Positions 1-10,830 are shown, numbered from the whole stretch's first letter. The stretch is DNA of 63,369 nt, filler included, from Octopus bimaculoides (GCF_001194135.2; 4 parts of 3 records of this genome joined end to end with filler, not necessarily neighbours in it); one strand, 5' to 3'. Made by a program: numbers and translations. The notes: generated by a model not told the origin, from the letters alone.

Positions 1-30
1 CTATAGGAGAGTTGGTTATACATCATTAGA

Positions 31-409
31 TGTATACCTGACTTTCCTATATAAAATTAATGAATATAAAACGGAACGCTGAACTCCGGACTATCAACTT
101 AAACAGCATTTATTCAGGTGGTAAATATATACATCTTTAGCTCTTGTTGTTACAGCTTCTGTGTGTGTGAGTATAGTTGTTGGGACGTGTTGTGTAGATG
201 TGAGCGAGCTGTCGAGTGTAAGTCCGAAAGATGGAGAGTGACAGCTATACACGTAAAGAGACTATCTCCAGGTTGGAATGTCAGAGACACTGCTTGACAC
301 GTCCATGCTCTATTGCTGGCCAGCAAGAAAGAGAATGAATTGAGCGGGAAAGCTTGCTTGTTTAATTCCACGCATGCGTGAGACTACGCATGCGCATGGC
401 GTTACTACA
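31..409 (-). mobile_element. Possible solo LTR
   Basis: Minus strand begins TGTAGTAAC (409) and can end ...GGTATACA (31), with an internal AATAAA near 109-114 and higher GC than the flanks. No matching target-site duplication seen. Confidence 0.3.
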
Positions 410-420
410 CTTCATTACCT

Positions 421-1825
421 CATTCTATGTCTTCCTGGGTCTAGCTCTTCCACAGGTTCCCTCCACAGTTAGAGACTGGCACTTCACACAGCTGTCCTTC
501 TCCATAGGCATTGCATGACCATACCAGGGCAGTCTTCTCTCTTGCATACTACATCTGATGCCTCTTATGCCCAACTTTTCTCTTAAGACACTTACACTCC
601 ATCATACATACACACTGACATTGCACATCCAGTGAAGCATACCAGCTTCATTTCTTTCAAGTGTATGCATGTCCTCAGCAGTTGCAGCCCATGTTTCACT
701 GCTGTGTAGCTTGGCTGTTTGCTTGCAGGCATTGTACAATCTGCCTTTCACTCTGAGGGAGAGGCTCTTTGTTACCAACAGAGATAGGAGCTCTCTGAAC
801 TTCACCCAACCTATTCTTATTCTAGCAGCTACACTCTCAGAGCATCCACCTCTGCTACTGACTTGGTCACTTAGGTAACAGAAACTATCAACTACTTCTA
901 CGTATCCCCCTTGGCATTTGATGGAGTCTATTTTCTATACATCTTTAGTGTTAATTGTATCTGTGCACCTTCTACACACAAAAACTATTTTCCCTGTTAA
1001 CCTTCCTCTGATATTGCTGCACCTCTTATGTGTCCATAGCTTACACTGGGTACATTTTATGGAGTTACTACCTATGCCTTTTTTACAGATCAAGCATGGC
1101 CATCTACCTGAAGTGATTTATAATTTGTCTGATCTCCTACTTACTAAAACTTTGGTTTTTGCTAGATTAACTCTAAGGCCCTTTAATTCTAGACTTTGCT
1201 TCCATGCCTGAAATTTCTTCTCTAGTTCTGGTAGTGATTTGGCTATAAGAACAAGGTCATCAACTCCCAGGGATAGCCCATCTTAAATTCCTCTGTTATT
1301 GCCTGGCAGACTATGATGAACGAGAGGGGGCTGAGGACTGATCCTTGGTGAACCCCTACTTGTACCCTGAATTCCTCTCTATGCTTGTTGCTAACCTTCA
1401 CCTTATTGACAGCACCCCTGTACATGGCTTGTACAGCTCTCACCAACCACTAATTTATTCCTAGCTTCTACATTGACCACCAGATAAGTGAACAGGAGAG
1501 CCAGTTAAAGACTTTCTCCATGTCGACAAAAGCCAGATACAGGGGTTTATTTTTGGCTAGATATTTCTTCTGCAGTTACCTAACCAGGAATATAGCATCA
1601 GTCATGCTCCTACCTGGCACAAATCCAAACTGCATCTCATCTACACTAACTCTCTCCCTAATTAATTGGGCTATGACCCTTTCTGTAACTTTCATCACCT
1701 GGTCCAGCAATCTTATGCTTCTGTAATTATTCCTGTCTAAGGCGTCACCTTTACCTTTGTAGCAGTTGACTATGGTGCTGCTACACCAATCATTGGGTAT
1801 GACTGCCTCATGAATATATAATGAT
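421..1825 (-). mobile_element. RTE-clade LINE fragment (RT domain to C-terminus), degenerate
   Basis: Minus-strand peptides CYKGKGDALDRNNYRSIRLLDQVMKV..MQFGFVPGRSMTDAIF, VGVHQGSVLSPLSF and RVKGRLYNAC..LHSSETWA; many stops and frameshifts. Confidence 0.9.
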
Positions 1826-2194
1826 ATAAGACAACCAGAAATGTAAAAAGATGTACTCATAGATAATTTATAATTACTGTTACTATCAAAATAGGGTTAA
1901 AATTGAAAAGGTCTGTATATCCTAGGTGGTCAAGTAGACTATACAATCAGTTCATTGTGTTTATTTAGGGTATAAAGTAAAAGAATGGAAAGGAGGTTAT
2001 AGAAAATATGTATATATATATATATACATACATAAATAATAAGGGTGGCCTGTTAGCAATTTTTCAACCAAAAGGCGAAAATACATACATCATTAAAGCA
2101 ACTCAAGGCGCTATTTAGCACCAGTATTACTAGAAATAAGAGTCAAAACAACTTATATGTATGTATAGAGTGTTTGAAGTGGTGTGCAGATATT

Positions 2195-2310
2195 GTACAT
2201 TGAGAAAAAGGAGGCAGTCAGAATTTTGGATAGTTCTTTATTAGCGCTTTCGTTTGTTTAACTGAACTCGTCAAGAAAAATTTTAAATCAGAATAATAAA
2301 GACATCTAGA
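2195..2310 (-). repeat. Dispersed PLE-tail-like repeat with minimal hammerhead-like motif
   Basis: Reverse complement reads TTCTTGACGAGTTCAGTTAAACAAACGAAAGCGCTAATAAAGAACTATCCAAAATTCTG; a second copy lies on + at about 6150-6250. Confidence 0.55.
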
Positions 2311-2810
2311 AATATGCGGTGAAGGAAAATTCAAAATCTTTCCCTTCTATAAATGTTCAAGAGATAACCCAAAGTTATTTTATTAATGGTAAAGATGATG
2401 GATGGAAAGAAAACATTTATACTACATTGTTACTGTTGTTTCTGAATGTGGTTCCAATATTGATGATATGATACTCATCTCTGTTTATGCCAACAAAATA
2501 AATGGTCAGATATATGTGTAACATTGGGATTTTGGTAATTGTTGTTCTTATAGACTCACAATACTTATATATATCCAGGAAAAAATACTAGAGCCATTTT
2601 ACCACTGATTAAGAAGGATGTCTAATGTAGCTACTTGGCAAAGTAATTCATGTAAAAATATCTCTTTTGAATTATCTTATTCAAGCAAGCAAGAAAGATA
2701 AATTCTACAAAATGATGAAAGATGCTAAAAATATATTTGAGCAGGTCCTGGTTTGTTATATAATTTATGTCTTACAGAGTAGTGGTTTCCAGCTATGTAT
2801 ACAATGTATG

Positions 2811-2975
2811 TCTTCATTATTTGCATTATTTACAATTGACGGATATTTGTCCTCATCTTGTTTATTGTTAACACGTTTCGGTTGATATACCCTCCAGCCT
2901 CCATCAGGTGTCTTGGGGAAATTTCGAACCTGGGTTCTCATTCCTAAGGTATTTTTCAATGTTGTTATTATTATA
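2811..2975 (-). repeat. Inverted partial copy of the PLE terminal repeat at 3530-3680
   Basis: Reverse complement matches AATACCTTAGGAATGAGAACCCAGGTTCGAAATTTCCCCAAGACACCTGATG... at 3541 onward. Confidence 0.9.
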
Positions 2976-3400
2976 TGACATCGGGACAGTATTCAAAAGT
3001 AATACAATACTTTGCAAATATCTCCTTTGAGTAAAACCACCAGTAGAAGAGAATATGACTAAGAACTGCATGTACTCCATCCCATGCAGATATGGTAGGT
3101 TATACAAAGGCAAAACATGTCGCCCCCTCAAAATAAGAGTAGAGGAACATTGTAAAGCTGTGACACGGGGAGATATTGATAAATTGGGTATAGCTGATCA
3201 TGTATGGAAAAATGGAGACCACCTCCCCCTGTGGGATGAAGTTAAGATAATAGACAGAGAACACCACTGGAAAATATGAAAACTAAAAGAAGCAGCACAT
3301 ATACTAGGACACAACAACCTCCTAAGCAGACCAAGTGCAGATATGAACAGCATATGGGAACCAGTATTAAGGAAGGATAGGAGAATATTAGATTTATAAA
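2975..3400 (+). mobile_element. Penelope-like element GIY-YIG endonuclease fragment (Penelope/Poseidon-like), pseudogenised
   Basis: CMYSIPCRYGRLYKGKTCRPLKIRVEEH..IADHVWKNGDHLPLWDEVKIIDREHHWKI*KLKEAAHI matches the PLE pattern VYSIPC.CG..YIGET.R.L..R..EH. Confidence 0.85.
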
Positions 3401-3428
3401 CTCTAAAATTCACTCCATAATTGCCCAT

Positions 3429-3715
3429 GGGCATATGGCGTAGTGGTTAAGAGCACGATTCCAGGCAGTGACCTGAATAATAATAATAATTATTATTATT
3501 ATTAATAATAACAACAGCAGCAGCAGCAACAACATCGGAAAATACCTTAGGAATGAGAACCCAGGTTCGAAATTTCCCCAAGACACCTGATGAAGGCTGG
3601 AGGGTATATCAGCCGAAACGTTGTGTTAACAACAAACAAGATGAGGACAATTATCCATCAATTGTAAATAATGTAAATAATGTACATAATTCCTCATCTC
3701 TTAAATATAGAAATA
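3429..3715 (+). mobile_element. Terminal repeat / SINE-like unit: tRNA-like head, (AAT)n, hammerhead and AT-rich tail
   Basis: A-box-like TGGCGTAGTGG at 3436-3446, B-box remnant CGATTCC at 3456-3462, hammerhead core at 3587-3622. Confidence 0.7.
3582..3627 (+). ncRNA. Minimal type I hammerhead ribozyme
   Basis: GACAC-CTGATGA-A-GGCTG-loop-CAGCC-GAAAC-GT-T-GTGTT: stem I GACAC/GTGTT, stem II GGCTG/CAGCC, palindromic stem III AACGTT. Predicted cleavage after 3622. Confidence 0.75.
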
Positions 3716-3949
3716 TATATCTTATTGTGCAACTCATTCATGATGTTTGATTAAATGTATATAGAAAATAGATTGAATTATAAACAGTACCATATTCAAA
3801 TTATTTTTATATTCTGATTTTATTTTCTTAATTTATCAATGTTGTACTAATGAAATATTTAGTGCTTGTTTGTATAAAACATGGGATTACACAGAATATG
3901 TGATTTGGTTCCACATGTGTGAGATCTGGAATTATATTTTAAAATCAAT

Positions 3950-5548
3950 CAACATTAAGGAGGCATAAAATTGGTAGACCAAGTCATAAAAGTTATTGAG
4001 AGGGTTATAGCTCAATTGATTAGAAATAGACTTAAACTAGATGAGATGCAGTTTGGTTTTGTACCTGGGAAGAGTACCACAGTTTCCATCTTCCTAGTGA
4101 GACAGCTGCAGGAAAAAGTACTTGGCCAAAAGTAAGCCATTGAACTTAGCCTTCATCAACCTGGAGAAATCCTTTTATAGAGTTCCCTGCTCTGTTATAT
4201 GGTGGTCTCTAAGGAAATTAGGAGTAGAGGAGTGGCTTGTTAGAGCTGTACAAGCCATGTACAGTGGTGCAGTCAGTAAGGTGAAAGTCAGCCATGAATA
4301 CAGTGATGAATTTAGCATACAGGTAGGGGTTCACCAGGGCTCAGTTCTCAGCCAACTCTTATTCATTATAGTTTTCAGAGGAATTCAAAACTGGGTGCCC
4401 ATGAGAACTGCTATATGCTGATGACCTTGTTCTAATTGCAGAATCTTTAGCAGAATTGGAGAAGAAATTCCAGGTATGGAAACAAGACCTGGAATCAAGG
4501 GGCCTTAAAGTAAAGACCAGAGTTATCAGTAAGAAAGAAGATAAAACTCTCTTTCCATTAGGTAAATGGCCCTGTTCAGTATGTAGGAAGGTTGTAAGAA
4601 ATTCCATTCACTGCACCCAGTGTAAACTATGGACACATAAGAGGTGCAGTGGAGTCACCGGTAGATTAACAGATAAAGTCTTCTTTGTATGTGGCACATG
4701 TACCAGAAACAATAAACACTAAGAGTACATGGGACTTAGATTCTCTCAAATGCCCAGGAGGCTCACTTGAGGTTGTAGATCGTTTCTGTTACCTAGGTGA
4801 CCAAATTAGCAATGGTGGAGAATGTTCTGAAAGTATTGTTTCTAGAATATGAATTGGGTGGGGGAAGTTCAGATAGCTATTACCTCTGTTGGCAACAAAA
4901 GGACTCTCTCTCAGAGGGATAGGTAGACTATATGATGCTTTGTGAAAATATCTATACTCCATGGTAGTGAGACAGGGCTCTGAATGCAGAAGACATGTGT
5001 AGACTGGAGAGAAATGAATGTAGTATGCTCTGTTGGATGTACAATATCATTTCCTTTGCAGTAGTGCACCTACTTCTGTCTTCATTTCTGATCTCCCTCT
5101 CTCTCCAGCCAGGCAACTTTATATCTTCTCTACAGCAAGACACCTGCTTCTGTCTCTCTACCTCACTATACCCTTTCATCATCCAACACAGGATAACCTC
5201 ATCCAAAGCCCCTCCCCTCTCAAAAGAGTTTTTTTTCTTTTTGTTTTGCAACGTACTTGGTGACCCTGTCTGTGCAGATGCCACTTAAAAGCACCCCGGT
5301 CCAAACTGTAAAGTGGTTGGCGTTTGAAAGGGCATCCAGCTGTAAAAACCTTGCTAAAAATGACCTTGCCTGTGCTTGTGCCATGTAAAAAGCACCCAGT
5401 CTACTCTACTGAGTGATTGGTGTTAGGAAGGGCATCCAGCTGTAAAAATCCTGCCAAAACTGTTACAGAAGTATGGTACAGGCTTCTGTCTGACCAGCTC
5501 CTGTCAAACCATCCCACCCATACCAGCATGGAAGGCAGACGTTAAACA

Positions 5549-5550
<2 letters not shown>
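3950..5550 (+). mobile_element. RTE LINE, 5'-truncated: RT, PHD-like finger, partial C-terminus and 3' UTR
   Basis: MQFGFVPG, AFINLEKSFYRVP, VGVHQGSVLSQLLF and YADDL (4414-4428); the tail carries the GGAAGGGCATCCAGCTGTA motif twice and ends in (GAT)n. Confidence 0.9.

Positions 5551-5646
<96 letters not shown>
5551..5646 (+). repeat. (GAT)32 microsatellite (expanded RTE 3' tail)
   Basis: Uninterrupted GAT run directly after GACGTTAAACAAT. Confidence 0.95.
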
Positions 5647-5647
<1 letters not shown>

Positions 5648-6324
5648 ATTAGAATGAATGTACATTTTCATTGGACTTTGAACTCTTTTTATTTTCATAC
5701 TCTATAGGGGTGACTGTACTCACTTATGAATCACTTTTCTTCTTTTCTTCTTCCTCTTTTTTCTTATCTTTCCCATCCTACTTCTGAACATTGACATTTA
5801 GCCACTACCTCCTACTATGTATATAACAAGGAAATGTGTATATTAGCAAATATGTTGATAGGTATACAATGAGACAGGAAAGAGGAGAAAAAAAGAAAAA
5901 AGAAATAAAAAATGCTTTCTGGAATTGGAATGAAATTTCAATGGGTTGATCACATCAAGCTGAACAGAAATCTTTCCCCTCTGTCTATCCTTCCCCACCA
6001 ACTTTGCTTTTCTTCTTCTTTCTCAATTGTCCTGCTCCCTATCTTCCTCTCTTTCTCCCTTCCTCCAAAAAACAAAATTTTCTCCTCTTCTAAGCAAAAC
6101 AAAACAAACATCTACTCTTCAATTCATATAAAAGACTAGGAAATGTTCTGTTTTTATTATTTTGGTTTTAATTTTTTTCTTGAAAAGTTCAGTTAAATGA
6201 ATGAAAGTGCTAATAAAGAATTATCCAAAATTCTGCCTTTTTTTCTCAATATATAGTTATAAACACACACACACACGCACATGATTCATATTCCAGGGTG
6301 ATCCCTAGAAATAGTACATATTTT

Positions 6325-7175
6325 CTGTTATTTAGGTGACCAAGTCAGGAGTTGTTCCAAAAACATACCTTCTAAAATAAGAATAGGCTGGGCGAAGTTC
6401 AGAGAGCTATTACCTCTGTTAGTAATGAAAGGCCTCTCCCTCAGAGTGAAAGGCAAATTGTACGATGCCTGTGTACAAACAACTATGCTATATAGTAGTT
6501 AGACATGGCCTGTGACTACTGAAGATATGTGAAGACTTGAAAGAAAAGAATCCAGTATGCTTCACTGGATGGGTAATGTCAGTGTGCATATATGAGAGAG
6601 TGTAAGTGATTTGAAAGAAAAACTGGGTATATGTAGCATCAGATGTAGTGTGCAAGAGAGAAGACTGTGCTGGTATGGCCATGTAATGTGTATGAATGAA
6701 TACAGTTGCATCAAGAGGTACCAATCTCTAATTATAGAGAGGACGTGTGGAAAGGGTACACCCAGGAAGGCATGGGATGAAGTGGCGAGAAAGGATCTAC
6801 AGATGTTGGGACTCACAGCAGAGATGACAGAGGACTGAGACTCCTGGCAGTTTGCTGTGCTTGAAAAGACACATCAAGCTAAATAAAAGATGGTTGCCCT
6901 TGCATAAAGGCTTGCCCACTGCATCCCTCTCCAGCTGAGCATCTCTAATCTTGCAGGCTTGTAGGTACTAGTGTCACATAAATAGCACCCATGCCAGTGC
7001 TATGTAAAAGCACCCAGTACAGTTTGTAAAGTGGTTGGCATTAGGAAGGGCATCCAGCTGTAGAAACCATGCTAAAACAGACATGGAGCCTGAACAGCCC
7101 TTCAGCTGGTCAGCTCCTGTCAAACTGTCCAACCCATGCCAGCATGGAAAACAGATGTTAAATGATGGATTATGA

Positions 7176-7180
<5 letters not shown>
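6325..7180 (+). mobile_element. RTE LINE 3' fragment
   Basis: WAKFRELLPLLVMKGLSLRVKGKLYDAC, ERRLCWYGHV and GTPRKAWDEV; 3' UTR motif and GAT tail. Confidence 0.9.
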
Positions 7181-7210
<30 letters not shown>

Positions 7211-7657
7211 NNNNNNNNNNNNNNNNNNNNNNNNNNNNNNNNNNNNNNNNNNNNNNNNNNNNNNNNNNNNNNNNNNNNNNNNNNNNNNNNNNNNNNNNNN
7301 NNNNNNNNNNNNNNNNNNNNNNNNNNNNNNNNNNNNNNNNNNNNNNNNNNNNNNNNNNNNNNNNNNNNNNNNNNNNNNNNNNNNNNNNNNNNNNNNNNNN
7401 NNNNNNNNNNNNNNNNNNNNNNNNNNNNNNNNNNNNNNNNNNNNNNNNNNNNNNNNNNNNNNNNNNNNNNNNNNNNNNNNNNNNNNNNNNNNNNNNNNNN
7501 NNNNNNNNNNNNNNNNNNNNNNNNNNNNNNNNNNNNNNNNNNNNNNNNNNNNNNNNNNNNNNNNNNNNNNNNNNNNNNNNNNNNNNNNNNNNNNNNNNNN
7601 NNNNNNNNNNNNNNNNNNNNNNNNNNNNNNNNNNNNNNNNNNNNNNNNNNNNNNNNN

Positions 7658-7720
<63 letters not shown>

Positions 7721-7789
7721 AAGATAAAACCCACAGAAACAGACATACAGACATAAATCTATTAAAGGAGAGTTTAGAAATATACAGTT

Positions 7790-9330
7790 AATTATATAAG
7801 ACAATTAGATATATAAAAAGGAATTATAAATTGTTTATAACAATTGTTAATATCAAAAATATGTAAAAAGTATAACCTGATCTATAGTAGAAAATATATC
7901 AATCCGCATTATTAATCTCTCAGCAAATGTGAATGTATTTAAACTAAATGAGGACTTTTATACTTTTGCATTAGAGAAGGCGATATAGAGAAAAATTAAA
8001 ATTCTTTAACAGTAGTAATAATAGAAATAATACAAGTAGTGGAATGGACCATACTAACAATAATCATAATAGTATGCATAATATGAAAAACACCACTAAT
8101 CAAAAAGAGCAGACAGTTGGAAGAGTTAAAGTCAGAAAATCTGTGCAATTAGAATATAATAGAGTACTTAGAAACAAAAAAAGAAAACAAATTTACTTGA
8201 AAATGTGCCAATTAAAGTACAAAGTGGCTTAGATATGAATGGACTTACTAGGGTAGGTAAACAATATATAAACTCTATAAATAGTAATATACAAATAACT
8301 GACAAATATAATGTCAAATATAATAGCAAACAAACCCAATGCTGTAATAAGAATCAGATAAATAGATTACACACTTTTACAAAAAGCATAGGTAAAAATA
8401 GAAATACATACCCCAGTAACATGGATACCTCTAGCTATACTGAATGGTACATAATTCTCTTCAGAAAACAAATAATTTCCAGTATTCCAAAATTGTTTTA
8501 TTCAGCTTTGACTAAACATTTTCCAAAAGACAGTAAATACTATAGAATTTTTAATAAACATAGAGTTAGATTAGATTTCTGCAATAGCAAAAATCTAGCA
8601 CAAATTATAGCAGCACACAACAGCTTCCATATAAACAATACCAATAATAGTAACTGGAATTATAATTACAGATCAATAAATAGCAACAATGTCAATACGA
8701 GTGGACAAACCATAAATAACACAACTAAGTATCAGGATAGGAACTATGGTCTGACAATAAATAAAACTGAAGAGACCTGAGGGAACTCCACAATTAACCT
8801 GGAAGAAGAAGATGTAAATCCTAAAAAACAAAGTACTCAGAATATTGTCTATGTGGAAAGGACTAATAGTTTAGAAGACAGACAAGAGAATATAGAAATC
8901 ATATCTAGAGTAGGTGAAGAGGATACTAGTAATAGAAGTAATAGAACTATTAAATGTGATCGAGCAAGAAACAGGGTCTGCCTGCTTAACTCTAATTGTT
9001 GGCTTTAAAATTTCTTAGACAGATGTAAGATTATCTCAGAGAATAGAGAGTATTCCTATAAAGGAGCTGGTTTGTGTTATATTAAGCAGAGAATTGCCAA
9101 TCATTTAAGTTCATTTAGAAATAGGGACAAAATGAATACTACCATCCTTAGTAAGCTAATTTGGGCATTAAAAGATAGTAACAAAGTATTTTCGATTGCT
9201 TGGGAAATAATTAGTAAAGCAAAACCTTATAGATGGGAACAGGCTATGAGATGTCCACACTGGATTAAATATACATTTAAATGATTTAAAGAAATATAAC
9301 TTACCATCTATAGTAATTATACAAGTTAAA
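7790..9330 (+). mobile_element. Penelope-like element, RT thumb/linker plus GIY-YIG (Naiad-like), degenerate
   Basis: LTKHFPKDSKYYRIFNKHRVRLDFCNSKNLAQIIAAHN, then a Cys-rich linker near 8955-9000 and KQRIANHLSSFRNRDKMNTTILSKLIWALKD..AWEIISKAKPY. Confidence 0.8.
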
Positions 9331-9672
9331 ATAATGATTGTAATAATTACTGATATTTATGCAAATAATACTAATAAATATAATTATAATAATAATAATA
9401 ACAATAATATTAATTGAGGGTATAAACCCAAAATTAGTGAAATGACTCTGAATAAATAATGTACGCCACACAGTATAATGTATACAAAACTGCTACAATT
9501 AATTGTAATATAAATAACCAATTTAAAACCACGATTCAGCTGTAATATCAGTAGAGGTGATTATAAGACCAGAATTCAATTCGATTTAAAAAGTAACGCT
9601 ATCACCTTCAACTGAATACCAATGCAGGAAGCTTGTTTGAATTAATTCACTTTGAAAACGTTGTAAGTGATG

Positions 9673-9762
9673 GACCCTTGATGAAATTTCAGTGACTAGG
9701 ATGCATAATTGCAAAAAACAAAGCAATGTATATAGTTGCTGCAGTAGAAACATATGTTGGTC
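9673..9762 (+). ncRNA. Hammerhead-like fold with long stem II (variant core CTTGATGA)
   Basis: GACC/GGTC stem I; CAGTGACTA/TAGTTGCTG and ATTGC/GCAAT in stem II; GAAAC plus palindrome AACATATGTT (9749-9758). Confidence 0.5.
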
Positions 9763-9899
9763 ATTGTTATATTTGCTGTAGAAAACTTTTTAATAAAAAA
9801 GTTTTCAATCTTCACTCTTCTCTTGGTGTTCAATTATATATAAAGCTCAAATAATCAATTTACATTCACTCCTCACATGACTGGCAACCAACAACAGTT

Positions 9900-10350
9900 A
9901 ACCACAGAAAATGATGGCCCCGAAACATCCAAAACTAAATAATATACCTATAACAATGAACCTACAGAACCTGCACACTAACAGCATGATGAAGCCACAA
10001 TCAATTATAACTGGAATGACAGGACAACCACTACACAACCTCCGGTCACCAACAACAGCCACAAATAGGTGCTCCTGCAGGGATAAATTCAATTGCCCAT
10101 TAGATAATCTTTGCATGATTTGTAACATTGTCTATAAATGCACTGTGCTCACGAGGGGAGGCTCTTATGTGTACATTGGTACCACAGCTGATTCTTTCAA
10201 GAATTGATATAGAAATCATGTTTCTAGTTTTAAAAAACTGAACAAGAAACATGTGACATCACTGGCAGATTTTCTATAGCAACTGAAAACCAACAGATTA
10301 AATACGAGATTTCATGGTCAATTATATAATATGCAAAACCCTACAACACA
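9900..10350 (+). mobile_element. Second Naiad-like PLE GIY-YIG fragment
   Basis: RCSCRDKFNCPLDNLCMICNIVYKCTV..YVYIGTTADSFKN*YRNHVSSF..EISWSII. Confidence 0.85.
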
Positions 10351-10354
10351 CATT

Positions 10355-10830
10355 CTAGGTGTCTTCCATGGGGTGCATGGGAGCCATGGAATTGGTTCTC
10401 AAAATGAGGTGGGGGGAAAAGGCTTCTGGAGTTCTGAGATGCGAATGACCTAATGACCTGCAACACCAGCATTAGGAAGTCAGCCAGTCACCTGATAACC
10501 TATAAATTCAGTGACCATGCTAGCCATATTGACTACATTCTCACCAGAAAGTGAGAATCATGGTTGTTTATAAATGCAAAGTCCTCCCCTAGTGAAGATG
10601 TATCTCTCAGCATAAGCTACTCATTAGTGACTTCAAACTACAAGCATGAAAGATGCCAAGAAGTAAGCCACTTTGGGAAAGAAAGATCTGGAAGCTAAGG
10701 TATATTTTGAAAAGTCAGAAATTCAGAGCTATCCAAACAGACGCATTTAATGACAAGGAGGTACAGGCTTGTAACATAGAGGACAACTGGAAGTTTCTAT
10801 GAGAGAATTTGCTGAAAGCCACAGACCAAA
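10355..10830 (+). mobile_element. RTE LINE AP-endonuclease fragment
   Basis: GVHGSHGIGSQN..KRLLEF..ANDLMTCNT..HLITY..SHIDYILTR..QHKLLISDF read across frameshifts. Confidence 0.75.

Noticed and set aside
5504-5698. Poly-histidine ORF
   Set aside because: It is the antisense reading of the (GAT)32 RTE tail.
6974-7804. Long ORFs spanning N gaps and (TA)n/(CA)n (also near 11.1-12.0, 29.4-30.4, 51.5-52.3, 55.5-56.5 and 58.9-59.5 kb)
   Set aside because: They are open only because Ns and dinucleotide repeats contain no stop codons.
9690-9741. Stem-loop as possible SECIS element
   Set aside because: It has GTGA and unpaired As but lacks the 3' GA of the non-Watson-Crick quartet.
10205-10207. In-frame TGA in a Naiad-like endonuclease as possible selenocysteine
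   Set aside because: It falls where Arg is expected (FKxRY.NH), so CGA-to-TGA CpG decay explains it. The TGA at a PHD Cys in the RTE (about 16539) is likewise within a stop-ridden copy.
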